Made by a program: the position numbers and the translations under genes. Below the pieces are notes generated by a model. The model saw only the letters and a list, made by a program, of their open reading frames with translations. It made no database searches and was not told where the DNA came from. From Ophelia neglecta (lineage: Eukaryota), in assembly GCA_965285935.1 (NCBI GenBank), contig OZ260665.1, forward strand, positions 14,756,001 through 14,820,000: a stretch of 64,000 bases of DNA, written 5' to 3'. Numbering within the stretch: the first letter of the stretch is position 1; the number at the start of each line of letters is the position of its first letter. Below are positions 37,690-52,000 of this stretch, in pieces.

Positions 37690-39332
37690 GTGCGGCTTGT
37701 TTGATGTGTTAGTCTCCCTTGATTGGTTTAAGTTTAAGTACAAAAGCCAGCCGACACCTAACGAGCGGTATGTTTGATGTGTTAATCTCAACTAGTCTCG
37801 ACTCGACTACCTGTCTATTGTATCAAAGCCCTTATGTATTGGCCAGTTCACCGACTGGCAATAATTGCCGCTAATTCTTTGATGAAAGTAGAATTTGAAC
37901 ATTATATGAGTACATCCACTATGCAACTGTTGTGTTGTTTGTTGCAAATTGGTTGACATCGGGTGATTTCCCAATTAGGCGCCTTTTGAGGGTGGCATTC
38001 GTGTGAAAACACAATATTGATGTGCTCCTGTGGCGTGTCACTTTGTTAAATTAATGCCTACAATACCATTCTTGTGACAAGCATGCCCACATCACTTCAA
38101 TATGGTAAATCCATAAAACCCCTGCTTATTTTTCTTTGACCCATCTGCCCATTGACTACACTTTTATTGAGAGGTATTAAAGATGCCACGCCATACTATT
38201 CATACGCGCAAACATATTGTGATTAGCTACCTAGGCGGGATGATAGTAACTGAGGTCAATCGGAAAATGATTTGGGAAGGCTACAAAATCGGCCGAAAGA
38301 CGATCGCCGATACTGTCCTCAGATACTTAGAAAACGGCAGTTTGATGGACACCCCTAGGAAAGACCGCTTCCGCAAAGCAACGCAAGAGGTTCTTAGGTT
38401 CATGGAATCTGAGCTCGATAAACTCGAGAATCGACAGGTAAATATATCTTTCACTAGATGTTCCATATTTGTATGTATAGGGTACTATACATTATAGAAG
38501 TTAAGCCAGACTGTGATATGTGTAGATGTAGCTATTTTTAAATTAGGATGTGCCAGTGCAGTAGAGTGTTTCCTTAGTTTATTTGTCAAAATGGAGTATT
38601 TAATATAAATTTTTTGTGTTTTTAAAGAGAAACCAGGCTTTATTGTTTTACAGCTTCGATAATTAAATACTTTATTTTAGGTCACCTCTACTGAGATGTC
38701 CCATGCTATACGCGAGAGGTTTGGCATAGACATACCGGCAGTCAGCATTCGCCGTATTAGACAAAAGATGGGATTCCATGCCGAGAAATCTCCCTATGAT
38801 CAGTTCTCCCTATGATCAAAGACGCTCACAAGCCGAAGAGGCTCGAATTTGCTGAGATGCTGATAGAGACTGGTGAAACATTCCATAATGTCGTCTTCAC
38901 AGACGAATCCGCTTTCCAGACCCACGCCAATTACCACAAATCACTTGTGAAGGTATGTTTGTCACATTTATCTGCCTTCTCCCCATTACTAGATTGTGTA
39001 TATCCGTTGGCCTAATGGTTATGGTCGATTGTAATAAATATATATTTTAAAATCATGCTTTCCCTAAAGTAGTTGTTTTAAAATTGATAGATAATGACTA
39101 AATATTGTTCATAATGATTATTATTCTCCCCTTTGGTTGCAAACACAATCGGTCACCTACAAGCCTAGCGGTGGCTTGTTTGATGTGTTAGTCTACCTTG
39201 ATTGGTTTAAGTTCAAGTACACAAACCAGCCGACACCTAACGAGCGGTATGTTTAATGTGTTGATCTCAACTAGTCTCGACTCGACTACCTGTCTACTGT
39301 ATCAAAGCCCTTGTGTATTTGCCAGTTGACCG
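37690..39332 (+). repeat. Pair of ~165-bp direct repeats (37690-37853, 39170-39332) flanking the transposase fragment
   Basis: GGCTTGTTTGATGTGTTAGTCT..CCAGCCGACACCTAACGAGCGGTATG..GTCTCGACTCGACTACCTGTCTA..TCAAAGCCCTT occurs in both, with scattered mismatches. Confidence 0.9.
38183..38952 (+). pseudogene. Tc1-like transposase N-terminal half (HTH + first catalytic D), exons 38183-38437 and 38681-38952
   Basis: MPRH..RYLENGSLMDTPRKDRFRK..Q|VTSTEMSHAIRERFGIDI..SIRRIRQKMGF..MIKDAHKPKRLEFA..FHNVVFTDES. Phase-0 intron CAG|GTAAAT..TTTTAG; second donor AAG|GTATGT; frameshift at ~38790-38820. Confidence 0.85.
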
Positions 39333-41475
39333 GGCCATGGCTACGTTTTCTTAGTCACACAAGTTGGCGCCTACGGCGGTGAATTAAACATCATATACAA
39401 GTACTTTTCTTTTCCAGGTACTACCCAAGGTCTGTGAGGCCAAAGTAGGTTACACGGGATGCTGAAAACCAGTTCACTTTACAAAGTCTTACAGAAAAAT
39501 CTAGGCATATAATAGCATTAGTATATTTTCATAGCTTGTCATTACTTTCTATCAATTGTCATGCATCAGAAATATTTTACACACGTTCATGAAATTATAA
39601 TCTTTTCTAATAAATATTGCTAGAGTATCAAATAGTTAAGCAAATTAGTTAATTTAGTAGAGCGTTGACATTTTGGAATGGTTATAGTTAAATGGCTTAT
39701 AATGGTTATCTTCCATTCTTCACGTATTTAATTAGCCAAATAAAATGTCAGTAGCCCAATATTATATGGTTTCGGTGAGTTGTTAATAGTAATTGTTATA
39801 AAGAAAGAGGCCGTTTTTTGTGGAATGGCCTACTAGGATACACGGCGGCGGCGGTGGAAAGCATTTTTCTTTGTCACTACGTTAAAGCTCTTATACTAGA
39901 AATTAATGTTATTGAAAGGAACTATATTTTCTGTCGCGTTAATAAACACGGGTGTAAGTAGGTGAATAGGTATTGGCCTTGGGGCGATCTCGCGATAATG
40001 TTGCGACCTACGTCGAGGAAATATCGCAATAATGTCGCCAGGGTTGCCGACATTATCGGGATATTATTGCGGCATAACGGCGACATTTTTCCGACCCCAC
40101 ATCGCGATATCACCACGGTTTCCGGCAAGCGGGACTGTACACAAGGTAACGTCATAGGGATGACTAAGCATTCATTTGAAATAATGTGGGATTGTACGTC
40201 AGGTACAGTGGCGTGTCCAGGAAATAAATAACTTATAAATAGTGATCCGGTAAACTGGTTACATCCGAAACTGGTTAAGCATTCTAAATTGCAAATGTTG
40301 GCCATATGTTTAACTACCCCAGCTCTAAATCGCTCAGAGCCGCATTAGGTGCACACACAATATATGCGAACAAATCAGGTTTGACAAAAAATAGTTTATT
40401 CCTAGACAATATGCCAGGAACCTATTCAATGGAGAATAGAATAGACTATTCTCCTGAAAATGATCATAGACGTCTTCTTATGACAAAGAGAAAGTGCTTA
40501 TAGGAGGGCACTATGGGAGGCAATTAACTGAGGCATGCAGGCCAGGCACGATATGTTCCAAACGACCGTCCAGTCAAGCACACTTACTTTTATTTCCAAC
40601 CCGCGAAGTTCAGAAGTTACGAACTGCACGAGGTAAGCAGCAGCACTATGGACCCAAGACGCGAAAGATAAGTCGATAGGGGTTTGATATTTCTATGAAA
40701 ACCATCCCCAATTTAATCTTAAATTGTAAACTTAAATTGTACATATGGCTATTTATCATCTAATTATAATTATGGCACAATTCATGAACTTAAGTGCTTT
40801 GCTTTGGAACACACTAACATGTTTTATTTTTATTTACAATAGTGTGTGAAAATAATTAGCTATACGCACATTATTCCAGGTGGAATCATTCCTGGATATT
40901 ATTTGCCTGGAAAGAGTAAACTGTTGGTGCGCAAGACATTTTGTATTATATGCTTAATGCTGATTAAACATATATTTTAACATCATTCATCCCGCTTTAA
41001 CATATGCCAATACCATATGCGTTACTCTTCACAGACTTAAATGCTTCTCATCGTCAAGTGTCCGAACACTATGAATAACACGGGCAGCAGCTGGGCAAGT
41101 AGTTGAGCTTTGTACATAGTCGTTTAAATATTCAGACTCCACAGCTTTCGCCTATATAGGCCTATAGCCGAGGGGCGGCATGGGGGGGAGGGGGTTAGAG
41201 GGCCTTCCCTATGGCAAGGTTAATATACATTGGCGGCGGTATTGACCCTTTTTAAGCCAAAAGCTGTAGAGTTGTGCCCTCCATTTTTGGAATATAACAT
41301 GATGTAGAGTTTTTACCTCGTTTTGTGCAGAGATATAGCGCTTTGACCTTCCTTTCCTCTACCCATTGGAGGCGAACCATCACCAGGGCAGAGGTTGACG
41401 TCCGCTCCCTCCGTCGAGCTGGTTTTGACCCCAATAATTATAGTCTCAAAATACAATTATTTTTTCTCCTACCTG

Positions 41476-44400
41476 GTTACCGCCAATGTCTTATTATTGA
41501 TAAAACCTGTTCAGAGTGGCCTGTGCCAGAGTGGTCTGTGCCTTCATTTTAATGGCATATTATAAGTTCAGCTAAAGGGTGGTGATGAGGCAAAAGCCAC
41601 AGATGTCTAGCACGGTTGCTCAAGTTCGCATTCTCAAAGCGGCCACCACGCATAGCACGACTTATCCAGACATTACAGAGAGAAGCTATCTCATTGGACT
41701 GGTTTTCATATGTGTTTCAGCGAAGCAAGCACTTTGAATGGTCTTCACAATGTCCTTCTCCACATGTCTTATCTAATGTACAGTTAATATGCCACTGGCA
41801 GTGATACAAGTACTGATCTGCTTAGCTGCTGCCCTTAATATCAACAGCTGCTTGGCTCTAAGTATTCATGCCACTACTCTATTCAGGCGGTACCATGACG
41901 AGAAGTACCTGAAGTAGTACCGGGTCGTTATCAGGCTTACCACATGCCTGCATGACAAACATCTGGGATTTGCATTTAACCTCATTTTCATCCTCCGACA
42001 ATGATTAGATGATTTCTTTCTGACTGATCTGTCCATTTGTCCTTACTGTGCCACAGAAACTCGGGTCCTCTAATCCAGCGCTCACTGCTGATAAGATCCT
42101 GGGCTGCCATGCCCCTGGAAACATCATCTGCACGGTTTAGCTCGCTCTCCTCGAACCTCCACTGAGATGGCTGTGAGGCCTGATGTGTAGTGGCAACACG
42201 GTTGGCCACAATGGTGTGGAAGCGTTTATCATGGTTCAAGATGTATTGCAGTAGGATAATGCTGTCTGTCCAAAAGTAGGACTCACCCATTGGAAAGTCC
42301 ATTTGTTGCCGTAGATATTTGCTAGCCGACCAGACACATCGCCTGCTGCCTGCTCCAATAGTTGTAGCCTTCATAGCTACTAGTTTGACTTTAGACGTCA
42401 GGAGGCTACAGTGGATTTCATTCTGAAAAGTGACCGTTCTAAGGTAGATCACAGACCCAAAACCACGCCCTGAAGCATCGGAGAAATGATGAAGTTCATA
42501 CAAAACAACATGACCGGAACTGGACGGCTTTACACAAGAAGGTAAGGAAAAGATCTCCAAAAGTGACACCGCCCTGAGCCACTGCTGCCACTAGTCGAGC
42601 TCAAGGCTTGACATTTCGTCATCCAAACCAAGTCTACACAGCTCATGTAGCAAAATATTTACCAACAGGATGAATGGACTTATGAAGCCTCAAGAGTTAA
42701 AAACTGAGCTGACCACAATTGGCATCCCCCTACGTTTGTGTGTGGTTTGTCCTTCAAGGTGTTCCCTCACAGTCGTCCTGCGGTACTTACTCTGCAAACC
42801 CTTTGTCTATCAGCTCATGAGTACCAGATACATAGTTCTGTTTCGAAGCATGGTCCTTTTTTAACCACCTGCCCAACAGCCGTAACCTATGCTTTGTCAT
42901 TGGCTTGTCATCGGGAAGAAATAGCGATGTAAATGGAATGTCCACACAGTAATGTCCATTCACCATCTTACATGAACTGTCATACACATCTGATACCTTG
43001 TGGTCATTGACAGAAAACCTATTGCCCTCAGCACCAGTGTTCACAAGTTGCCAAAGTCGTTCAACCTGAAGTTGCCGGTCATTGTCAGCACTTAGATAAT
43101 AGGATGTCACATGTGAGGTTGTTGTGTTCCCTATTGGACCATTCAGTGCCCAGCCAAGCACAGATCTGGTCATGAATGGTTCTCCACTGGCGCCTTCTAT
43201 CGTCTCTTTTGGTATCATAACCTCAGGTACATCATGACCAATGAGAAGATGTACCCTGTTAGTGCCAACGACTGGCAAGTTAATATCACACAGGTGAGGC
43301 CATTTTGCAATGATCTCCAAGCTGACCAGTGTCAATTGAACTGTATTCTTCTTTTTCATTGTGGTCAATTACTCTCAAATTTCCTCAGAACAAAATGTGT
43401 GAGTAGAGCCAGAATCTAACAATGCATTAACACTAACAAAACAACCATCTTGACCCCTGACCTTGATAGATACTACTCGTAGATACTACTGGGAGTGCCA
43501 CCTTGACTGCACCGTCCCCAATCAGACTACGTGTGGCTTTGGTGTTATTTGTGCCCTCAAACTCAACATTATAGGTTTTTATACGTTAGTATTGAAATTA
43601 CCATTACCTCTTGGTATGTGCAAACATTTGGTATGTTTCATACCACACCCTGGGACAGTACACGAGGTATTTTTTCACACTGGGGTGAGTAGAGTCCACC
43701 GATGCCAAACTTCTCATGTTGTTTAGTTCACCAAGGTTCCCAATTGTTTTCAAAGTTTCTACACATGTACACAGCTCATCGGTCATGTCCTGCAGTGATG
43801 ACTTGTCATTTGGTTTTATTGTAGAACGGCTTGTAATCTTCTAAATCCAAGCCTCTGCAACAGTGTACTCATTGACAACCACCCCGCGAAGCAGTCTTCT
43901 TGACTTTGCATAACATTCAGAAGCCTAACAAACACTACAGCATTGAATCACTCTCCTGGCCTTGCCAGTGCAATATTGCATTGTTCGGACCAACTTTGCA
44001 CTGGCACTGATGGATTTCTTTTCCACAGTTGTCTCAAAAGCACAAATAAGTGACCAATACTTGATGGGGTCCCCGTCAAATGACATGAGTTCAGGCCTTG
44101 GTGGTTGTATTGCGTCCAATACTGCCTCAGTGAAGCAGTGTCACTATTTTCATAAGCACTGTTGTCAAGGTGGGGGCATACATCCCTTTTTGGTCACAAA
44201 CGGATGTCTGAGGACAGGATGCATTGAAACTGGCAACTAATCGATCCAAATATGAGTTATTCTTAGTGTCACAATTCTGTGGTTCAAGGGGAAACTTTAA
44301 ACTGCATATTTGCTTGCTGCCGTTATGAGGGAGGCCTACTTGCTTGAACCTCTAAATGTCCTAAATTTTCATTAGTGTTTTTTGACATGAGTATGCATGT

Positions 44401-45597
44401 GTGATGATGGAGCTGCCCTACTGTATGCCATTGTACATACATTTGATTTGGTATTCTTGGGATGTAAATTTATTGATGGTGCTTCAGTAGTGGACAGCCT
44501 GGGATATTTGGGGCTTTCATGAAAGAAACATCCTAACCCTTGGGTGGGACGTCTTCTGCTGTTTACATTTATGCGTTTTCTTGGGCTTGAGTCTTGGCTA
44601 GTTATACCTTTAACTCTAATTCCTCCCTTTCCTGTAGTAGCAAGGACTCTTGTTGTTCTCAAATCTGTCTCTCTTTAAATGAAGCCTGTTCTGCCTTAAG
44701 TGCTGCCCTCTGTGCAGCTAATCTAGCCCTAGTCCTTGACACTGGTGATTTCACAGATCTGGAACTACCTGTCCTAGAATGAGTCTTGGATTTCAATTCA
44801 CTGTGAGAATCATTAAGACTGTGGTCTTCTGATTCCTCTATCCACTTCTGAATTCTATCTCGGAGATGATCTCTCACTGTTTTGACAAGGCCCGTGGTAG
44901 TGGCTGACACCTTGTCAGCATCTGAGCCACTCATGATTGATGTCAACAAACTGTCAACTTTATTCCACAGCCGTAGCTCCTTTGATGGACTAAATGTAAA
45001 CTCCAAATATGTCTTTCTTAAAAAATGACAGAATGCCCATGCCTTAGCTTTTACTCTTAAATTGGATAAGCAGGTTTTAACGTGTAATTGCACAGATTGT
45101 GCCTTCAAAATGATTTATGACTTCTGATCGAATATTTTGAATGGGTATTACCTACTACTTCTAGTGAGGAGGTAGTAACCATTACTTATATCGAGCGAAT
45201 AGTTACTAGTACTTCTACTGAATGAATGTTAACCAAGAATTCCATTTTAGTTAGAAGCATCCATTGCTTTGATTGAGTGAGTAGTAACCATTGCTGGTAT
45301 TAGATTAATAAAAAACAAATTGTATTAGTCTAAACGAAAATTATGATAATATTGATACAAGCAGTTTATGGTATCAGACAAGTGACTGTCTTCTTAACAG
45401 ACTATAACCCTTGAAATTGTGACCTATTTTTGTCACAATAATATTGTCTTTTGAATTGAGGTTGTGTTAGACAGTTGAGATATGGCTCGTTTATCTAGAA
45501 AAGAAACTTGAGGCAGCTTGAGGGAAGCGAGGTGCAGTGAGGCAAGTGATTTTCCTAAGTACTATCGTTCACAAGTCCTAGAATCCAGGACTTAACA
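41476..45597 (-). mobile_element. Decayed BEL/Pao LTR retrotransposon (unit 2 copy)
   Basis: Near-identical to 9260-13368; ORFs 41988-42569, 42787-43368 and 43925-44119. Confidence 0.9.
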
Positions 45598-46066
45598 ATA
45601 TCTACTCTAAGTTGCTTGGAGATACCCATTACCCAAAATAAAAAAGCGTATGCATACATACAATTAACGTTAATTCATATGTAGGTGATTTGTAAGATTT
45701 ATGTTATGGTCTCGAGATAAAATTTAGCTGAGAGATTGCGTTGTCGGGAAATGAAACCGGAGAGGTAGCTATGAATAGCACCCGCTGGAACAAATGTGTT
45801 TTCCCATCTTTGTAACTATTGGCTGAATGTGTTTGACCACCGAGCATATGCATGCGCAACGGAGACCAATAGGCATACCGGTGTAACAGTTTGGGGAGAC
45901 CCCTGGAAGGAATGTCTCCCCCGACTACCGTTTAAAACCCTACCCCCAGCTCGGGAGTCCATTAGTCTTGAAAAACTAGTATTTCAGGTCCTCCGGTCTA
46001 TGCATTTTACTATCTTTGGGATCCGTTTTAGAAATTCGGGTGTATTGCTTCATTCGGTTCTAAAAC

Positions 46067-49000
46067 TGTTGTGTTTTTGACTTGGGGATGTTTAGTTGTT
46101 AGATGGCGGTCTTCTGTTATAATGACTTGGAATCAGCTGTGTATGTGCGTTCGTTCTCCGCTTAGTTCTAATGGCGAACTTGCTCGTAATCACTCTGTTC
46201 CGACTGTCAGCCTTTTTAGATTATAGCAAATCTTGTCCTTCTTGTAACTCTTTGTTTTAATAACAATGTCCATATATCTGGGTTCGTATGTCGTTGTCAG
46301 TATCTCAATGCTTGAGATAGTAAATGAATCTTCAATCGTTCTCAATTCAATGTTTTATTGTAGTTCTGTAGTCGTCTTAATTAGTTATCTATCCTGAACC
46401 CGCACTGACTTATATACCGTTGTCATTGCGACACCCGCTATTACAAATACAGGCGTGATTCATAGACATGTTGCTAGATAGGTTTCCCCATCTCCGCTAT
46501 AAAAAGGTAAAGCTCGAGCTATAAATTTCGTATAGGTCGTCTGACTACTATCTGATCGCCATTAAACCAAACTGACCCCCGACACTTTATAACCTGAGGA
46601 GAAGCCTTCTGCACCGTCTGACCCTATCGTATTGCGAAATGGGCCCAGGCTGGCTCTGGCTTCACCTCCAGCTTTATACCCTGCCGACTATATGTCGATC
46701 TCATTATTTTAAATGTGCTAGTGCACCCCTTGATCCCAGTCCTCATAACATTGATTCAAGCCAGGTTCACTGCTATCTCTTCTTTTCTGAATAAATCTCA
46801 AACATTGATAACTGACATACGACATTTGCCCCTGGGAATTTAAAAAAAATTACCTATAATTTTTTTTTTCTCATTGCTTCACGACTCCACACAGCTTCTT
46901 CCAACCATTACCTTCTGTAATTAATGTCTTAAATTCTTTCTTCATTAATTAAGGGCATTTCATGCATTAATATCATTATCGAATCTCAAAGCTTCTCGAA
47001 CACCATGCAATATTCTAATTAGAATATAAAAATATTCCTTCACTGCTTCTAGAATGAGCCGTTATCTAAATTTACATGCAAATTAACAATCATATATGTC
47101 ATATAAATGATCTCTACTAAATTTCTAAAGCTATCTTTATAAATTCTAATGCAATTTTATAATCGTATATTATCCTTTCAATATTTAACAGGCTCATTAT
47201 CATTTCTTTATTATCATGCGTATATTCATCTAAATTTATCATGCTTATAACTATTTTAACTATTTACCATTCATATGATAATCTAAATATCATCATTTAT
47301 ATACTATAACTACAGTATAATTATTTTATCGCGGTTCAGTACTCAGTTTCCAGAACTAGTACTTTTTTCATTTTAATTGTTCATTATTCCATTAGTCAAT
47401 TTCATAAATCCTTTATGTCGTTTTTTCCGTATTCTTTTCCAATCGTTCATGAAGCCTCTTCTAAAAGTTCCTCATGCCGCTGCTCCTGCTTGGCTTATGG
47501 TGGTAATCAGCTTCAGAAGTGCTGAAGAACAACAACATATTATATCATGTAAACTGGTGCATAGAATATGATTGGTTTTACACGAGAACGGAACATACCT
47601 TGTGTTCACCTTAATCTAGTCATGAAATGTCGCCATCCAGGTATCTGAGCAAACACAACTGTTGTTGTATTCACTATACCCATCACTGCGATCATTTTCT
47701 AGGACATTTTAACATTGCACTATCTTTACCCTTTTCATCTCGGATGTTCTTCTGGGAAATGATTTTATACCTAATTCAACCATAACACGACTCAACTCAA
47801 TTTACTATGGAAATCAGTTATTCAGGCGACTTTTAGATGTTGTTACTACTTACTCATTTAATCTCTAGTGTAGGTACTCTAGGTATTTGGTGTAAATTGT
47901 CCTCCAAAGTTGCTCGCCAAGTTCGTTCTATTTTCGTTTCCGTACATTTCACTAGGCAGAATTAATTTAAGAGAACAGACTTATTTCAACAAACCATCAA
48001 TACTTTGAATTTGTGTAAATTTCTAAGCTCATACCGGCTTACTTTATCTTTCCCGATATTATATCTTATTATTTGCCGTTGTACTTGATCTAATTGAACA
48101 ACTACAATTAACTAATGTAGGCTTCGCTTTTCTCAATTCTATTTCCACTATTGAGTTATTTTTAGTATTCCAAGCAACATATCCATTTTTATTTACAAGG
48201 GAAATGTTGCAATATGTCCACTATTATTTTGTTTCTATGTTTCATTTTCTCCTCCTCTCTTAACCTTTTTACGATATTTGTTTTGATTAATGTTACCAAC
48301 ATTAATCAACTATATCCATTAAGCACTGTCGGCACTGGTCTGTTTTAATATGCTTCTACTATAAAACTTTTTCTTTTTGTTATTTTACTCGGACGGTCTC
48401 GATTGTCCATTCAATAATCTTCCCGGATGACAATTATACTTTTGTTTTTGTTCTTTATTATTTCTACTTTATTTTTTAATACCTTTTGCTCCCCGTTTTC
48501 ATTCGATTGGAGCCAAAAATTATTTTGACACTAATTGACATTTGATACTAATGCCCCTCAGCACCAGCTGGGTCCGAGGATGAAGGCTCCGACTCTAGCT
48601 CAGATCTTCAGTGCGGCACGATCCCACAATCACAGTCACCAGAGGCTACCGAGAACAAAGTGGACGAGGAGCCTGAGGCCACTCCTCCTCAGGAACCTGA
48701 TCCACAGCCTTCAGTTCAAACCACACCAACAACGTCATCCCAGGAAGACGGTACTCTGGGAGACATGGGGGAGAAAAAAACAAAACTACGAACAACCAAA
48801 ACTACGAGAAAATCAAATCAGACCTCAAAGCAGTACACGATGGAGGATTTTCTTACTCCAAAAACTGCTGAAAAACGAAAGCACGGTATAACACCCCCTG
48901 AGAGAGGGAACGACAAAAAAGAACGGGTAGGAGATGGATAGCAAGGAAAAACACAGTCACAGAAATGAACACCGCGGTAACGAACCCTATTTTTTTGAAA

Positions 49001-52000
49001 AAGAAACCACAAGTTAACTAATGCTTTCTTTTGTTTCTGCTAGATCGAAAACAGCCTGAAGCTACTAACTTTAAATGTTAGAGGGCTAAAGAAGAAAATT
49101 AAAAGAAAGGCACTTTTTACAAAATTTAAAACTCTAAATGCTGATATACTATTATTGCAAGAAACACATGTTACTAAAGAAACTATTGAATTATGGAAGC
49201 TAGAGTGGGGTGGCGAAATAATTTACCTCCAAGGCACAAACAATAGTGGGGGAGAATTAATATTAATGAACAAAGACTTTAATTTTTCAAATTTAAATAC
49301 AATTTATTGCGAAAACAACATTATAGCTTTATCTTTCAATCATAACTACGAACATTTTATCATTGTTAATATATATGCCCCTTCAAAAAGTAAAGAGAAG
49401 ATAAGTTACTTTAAAAGAATGGAAGGAATATTAAATAACATTGCTGAAGCCTATCCAAACTGTCTGTTAATAGTAGGCGGAGACTTCAATTGTGTACACC
49501 AGCCACATTTAGATAATCTTGGGGGCAAAGATCACGAGTCAAAAGAGGTTCAAGCACTTTGTAATGCTACTATGTCTATAAATGATTTATGGCGATTGAT
49601 GCACTACCAAGAAAAAACTTTACTTGGCGTCATAAATCTGAGCCAATTCTGCGAAGAATTGATTACCTATTTGTTAACGACGCAGTCATGGCAATTTCTT
49701 CGGAAATTGATCATGTTGATATCTCTTTTACCGATCACAAAGCAGTAGTTTTAGTATGTGGTAACGAAACTTCCACAAGAGGAAAATCATATTGGAAGCT
49801 CAATAACGCTATCCTTAGAGAAATGGAATATGTCAGCATGGTTAATAGTGTTATCGACAGCATTCTTTTAAAATATAAAAACACTTTGGCCGCAAATATT
49901 ATATGGGAAATTGTTAAAATAGAAGTTAGAATCAATTCTCTCAATTATTGTAAAAAGAGAGCAAAAAAGAGAAGAGAAGAACTGCTAAATTTAGAAAGAA
50001 AATTATTAGAAATGAATAAACTACTTGTCCAGAAACCTGCGGAAAATATAGCTCAGTGTATAAAAAATATCAAAACAAAAATTGAAATAGTAGAAATAGA
50101 AAAAGTCAAAGGGGCCCAGCTTCGTAGCAAAGTACAGTGGATAGAACAAGGTGAAAAAAAAAACCAAGTTCTTTCTGGGTCTTGAAAGGGCAAAATCAGC
50201 AAAAAATGCAATAAAAATATTGCACACTGAGAGTGGGGTAAATTTAACAAGTGAATACGACATCTTGTTAGAAATACGTAAATATTACTCAACCCTGTAT
50301 CAACAAAATATAATATTCGATGAGGACAAATTAAAAAAAATTGTTGGTAATGTTAAGATTCCTCAGCTTAACTTGAGTGACAATTTATCATTTGAAGGCC
50401 GTTTAACAGTGGCCGAGTGCGCCGCGGCCCTAAAAGACATGAAAAATGATTCTAGTCCGGGAATAGACGGGATCACATCCGCCTGGTACAAAGTCTTCTG
50501 GTCAAGAATCAAGTATCTACTAACTGATGCTTTAAATAGAGGCTATGAAGCTGAAAGTTTATCAAACACCCAGCGCCAAAGTATCATAACTCTGCATTTT
50601 AAAGGCAAGGGAGCCCCTAAAGAGTATCTGGCAAATTGGCGTCCAATTAGTCTTAGCACCACAGACTATAAAATAGCTTCAAAGGCCATTGCTACGCGAA
50701 TATCAAAATAATATATAAGTTGGTTTCTAAAGATCAAAATGGCTACATAAGGGGCCGGTCTGCCAGTGAAATTATTAGGGCTCTTGATGACCTCATGGAA
50801 TATCTAGATACTAATGAGCTCCCGGGAATTCTTATTGCTATCGACTTTAAAAAGGCTTTTGACAGTATTTCGCGTGAGTTTATGATGAAATGCCTAAGGG
50901 AGTATAATTTTGGCCCAGACTTACAAAACTGGGTAAAAACTCTGCTCAGCATGAATGAAGCTAGGGTTAAATTCCCTCTTAGTAGAGGCATAAGGCAAGG
51001 ATGCCCTTTGTCTCCTTTAGTATTTATCTTGGCATTAGAGGTTTTTTTCGCTAGAGTTAAAAGCCGACAACCGCATTTAAGGAATAAAAATACCAAACGG
51101 AACCCCAGTTGATACAGAAATAAAGCTTTTACAGTTTGCTGATGACAGCACCGGGCTATTACAGGAATCAGACTCCTTGCAACTTTTCCTAAAACTAATT
51201 AATTTATTCTATAGTATATGTGGTCTTCAGTTGAATAAGTCGAAAACAGAAACTCTTTGGCTGGTGTGCTGGAAGTACCGTCGAAAAGAATTGTTCGGCC
51301 TTAAATGGAATATCTACCCAAAAAAACAAAGTTAAAATATTGGGAATTACAATTTGTAGTGATAAAAGGGCGAATACTCTCGAGGAAAACTGGCTACCCA
51401 AGATTGTATTATGTGAAAATTTGATAAGCCAATGGTTAAAGCGCAAACTTACGCTCCCAGGGAAAATTATTATCAAAAAACATTTTCTTTCATCGCAATT
51501 TACATATTTAATGCAAAGCTTAATCTTACCAGACCAAGTTCTGTTCAATTTAAATTCCTTGCTGTATAATTTTCTTTGGTGTAAAGAGTCGGCCAAGTTA
51601 AAAAATACTACTGAACGAGTCAAACGAAATATAGTCATCCAACATATACATAGTGGTGGCTTATCTATGGTTGATATGCAAATTATCCAGTTACAGATGT
51701 TATTTAAATGGATTTCGCGACTTATCAATGGGGACGGGGGAAGCTGGAGGTGTATTCCAACTAGTTATTACAATAAATTGGGGAAGGATTTTAGTGTTTT
51801 CCAAAGTAACGCAACCAGTAGAGTTTTCAAAGGTATGAAGGAAAAACCACGTTTCTGGAATGATTTGTTAATACAGTGGCTTGATATAAGTTGTAAGGTT
51901 AATCCGGGTCGGCAAAGCGAAGTTTTGTTCAACAATATCAGTATTGTATATAGACATAAACCAGTTTTCTTGTCGCGTTGGATAAAAAGTGGTATTGTAT

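Larger units (their letters stand above)
36901..40137 (+). mobile_element. Tc1/mariner (ITm) DNA transposon, internally deleted, present only in unit 2
   Basis: 33-bp perfect TIR CAGTCCCGCTTGCCGGAAACCGTGGTGATATCG; TA TSD; empty site TCATTTACACAAGG at ~7917-7930 in unit 1. Confidence 0.95.
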
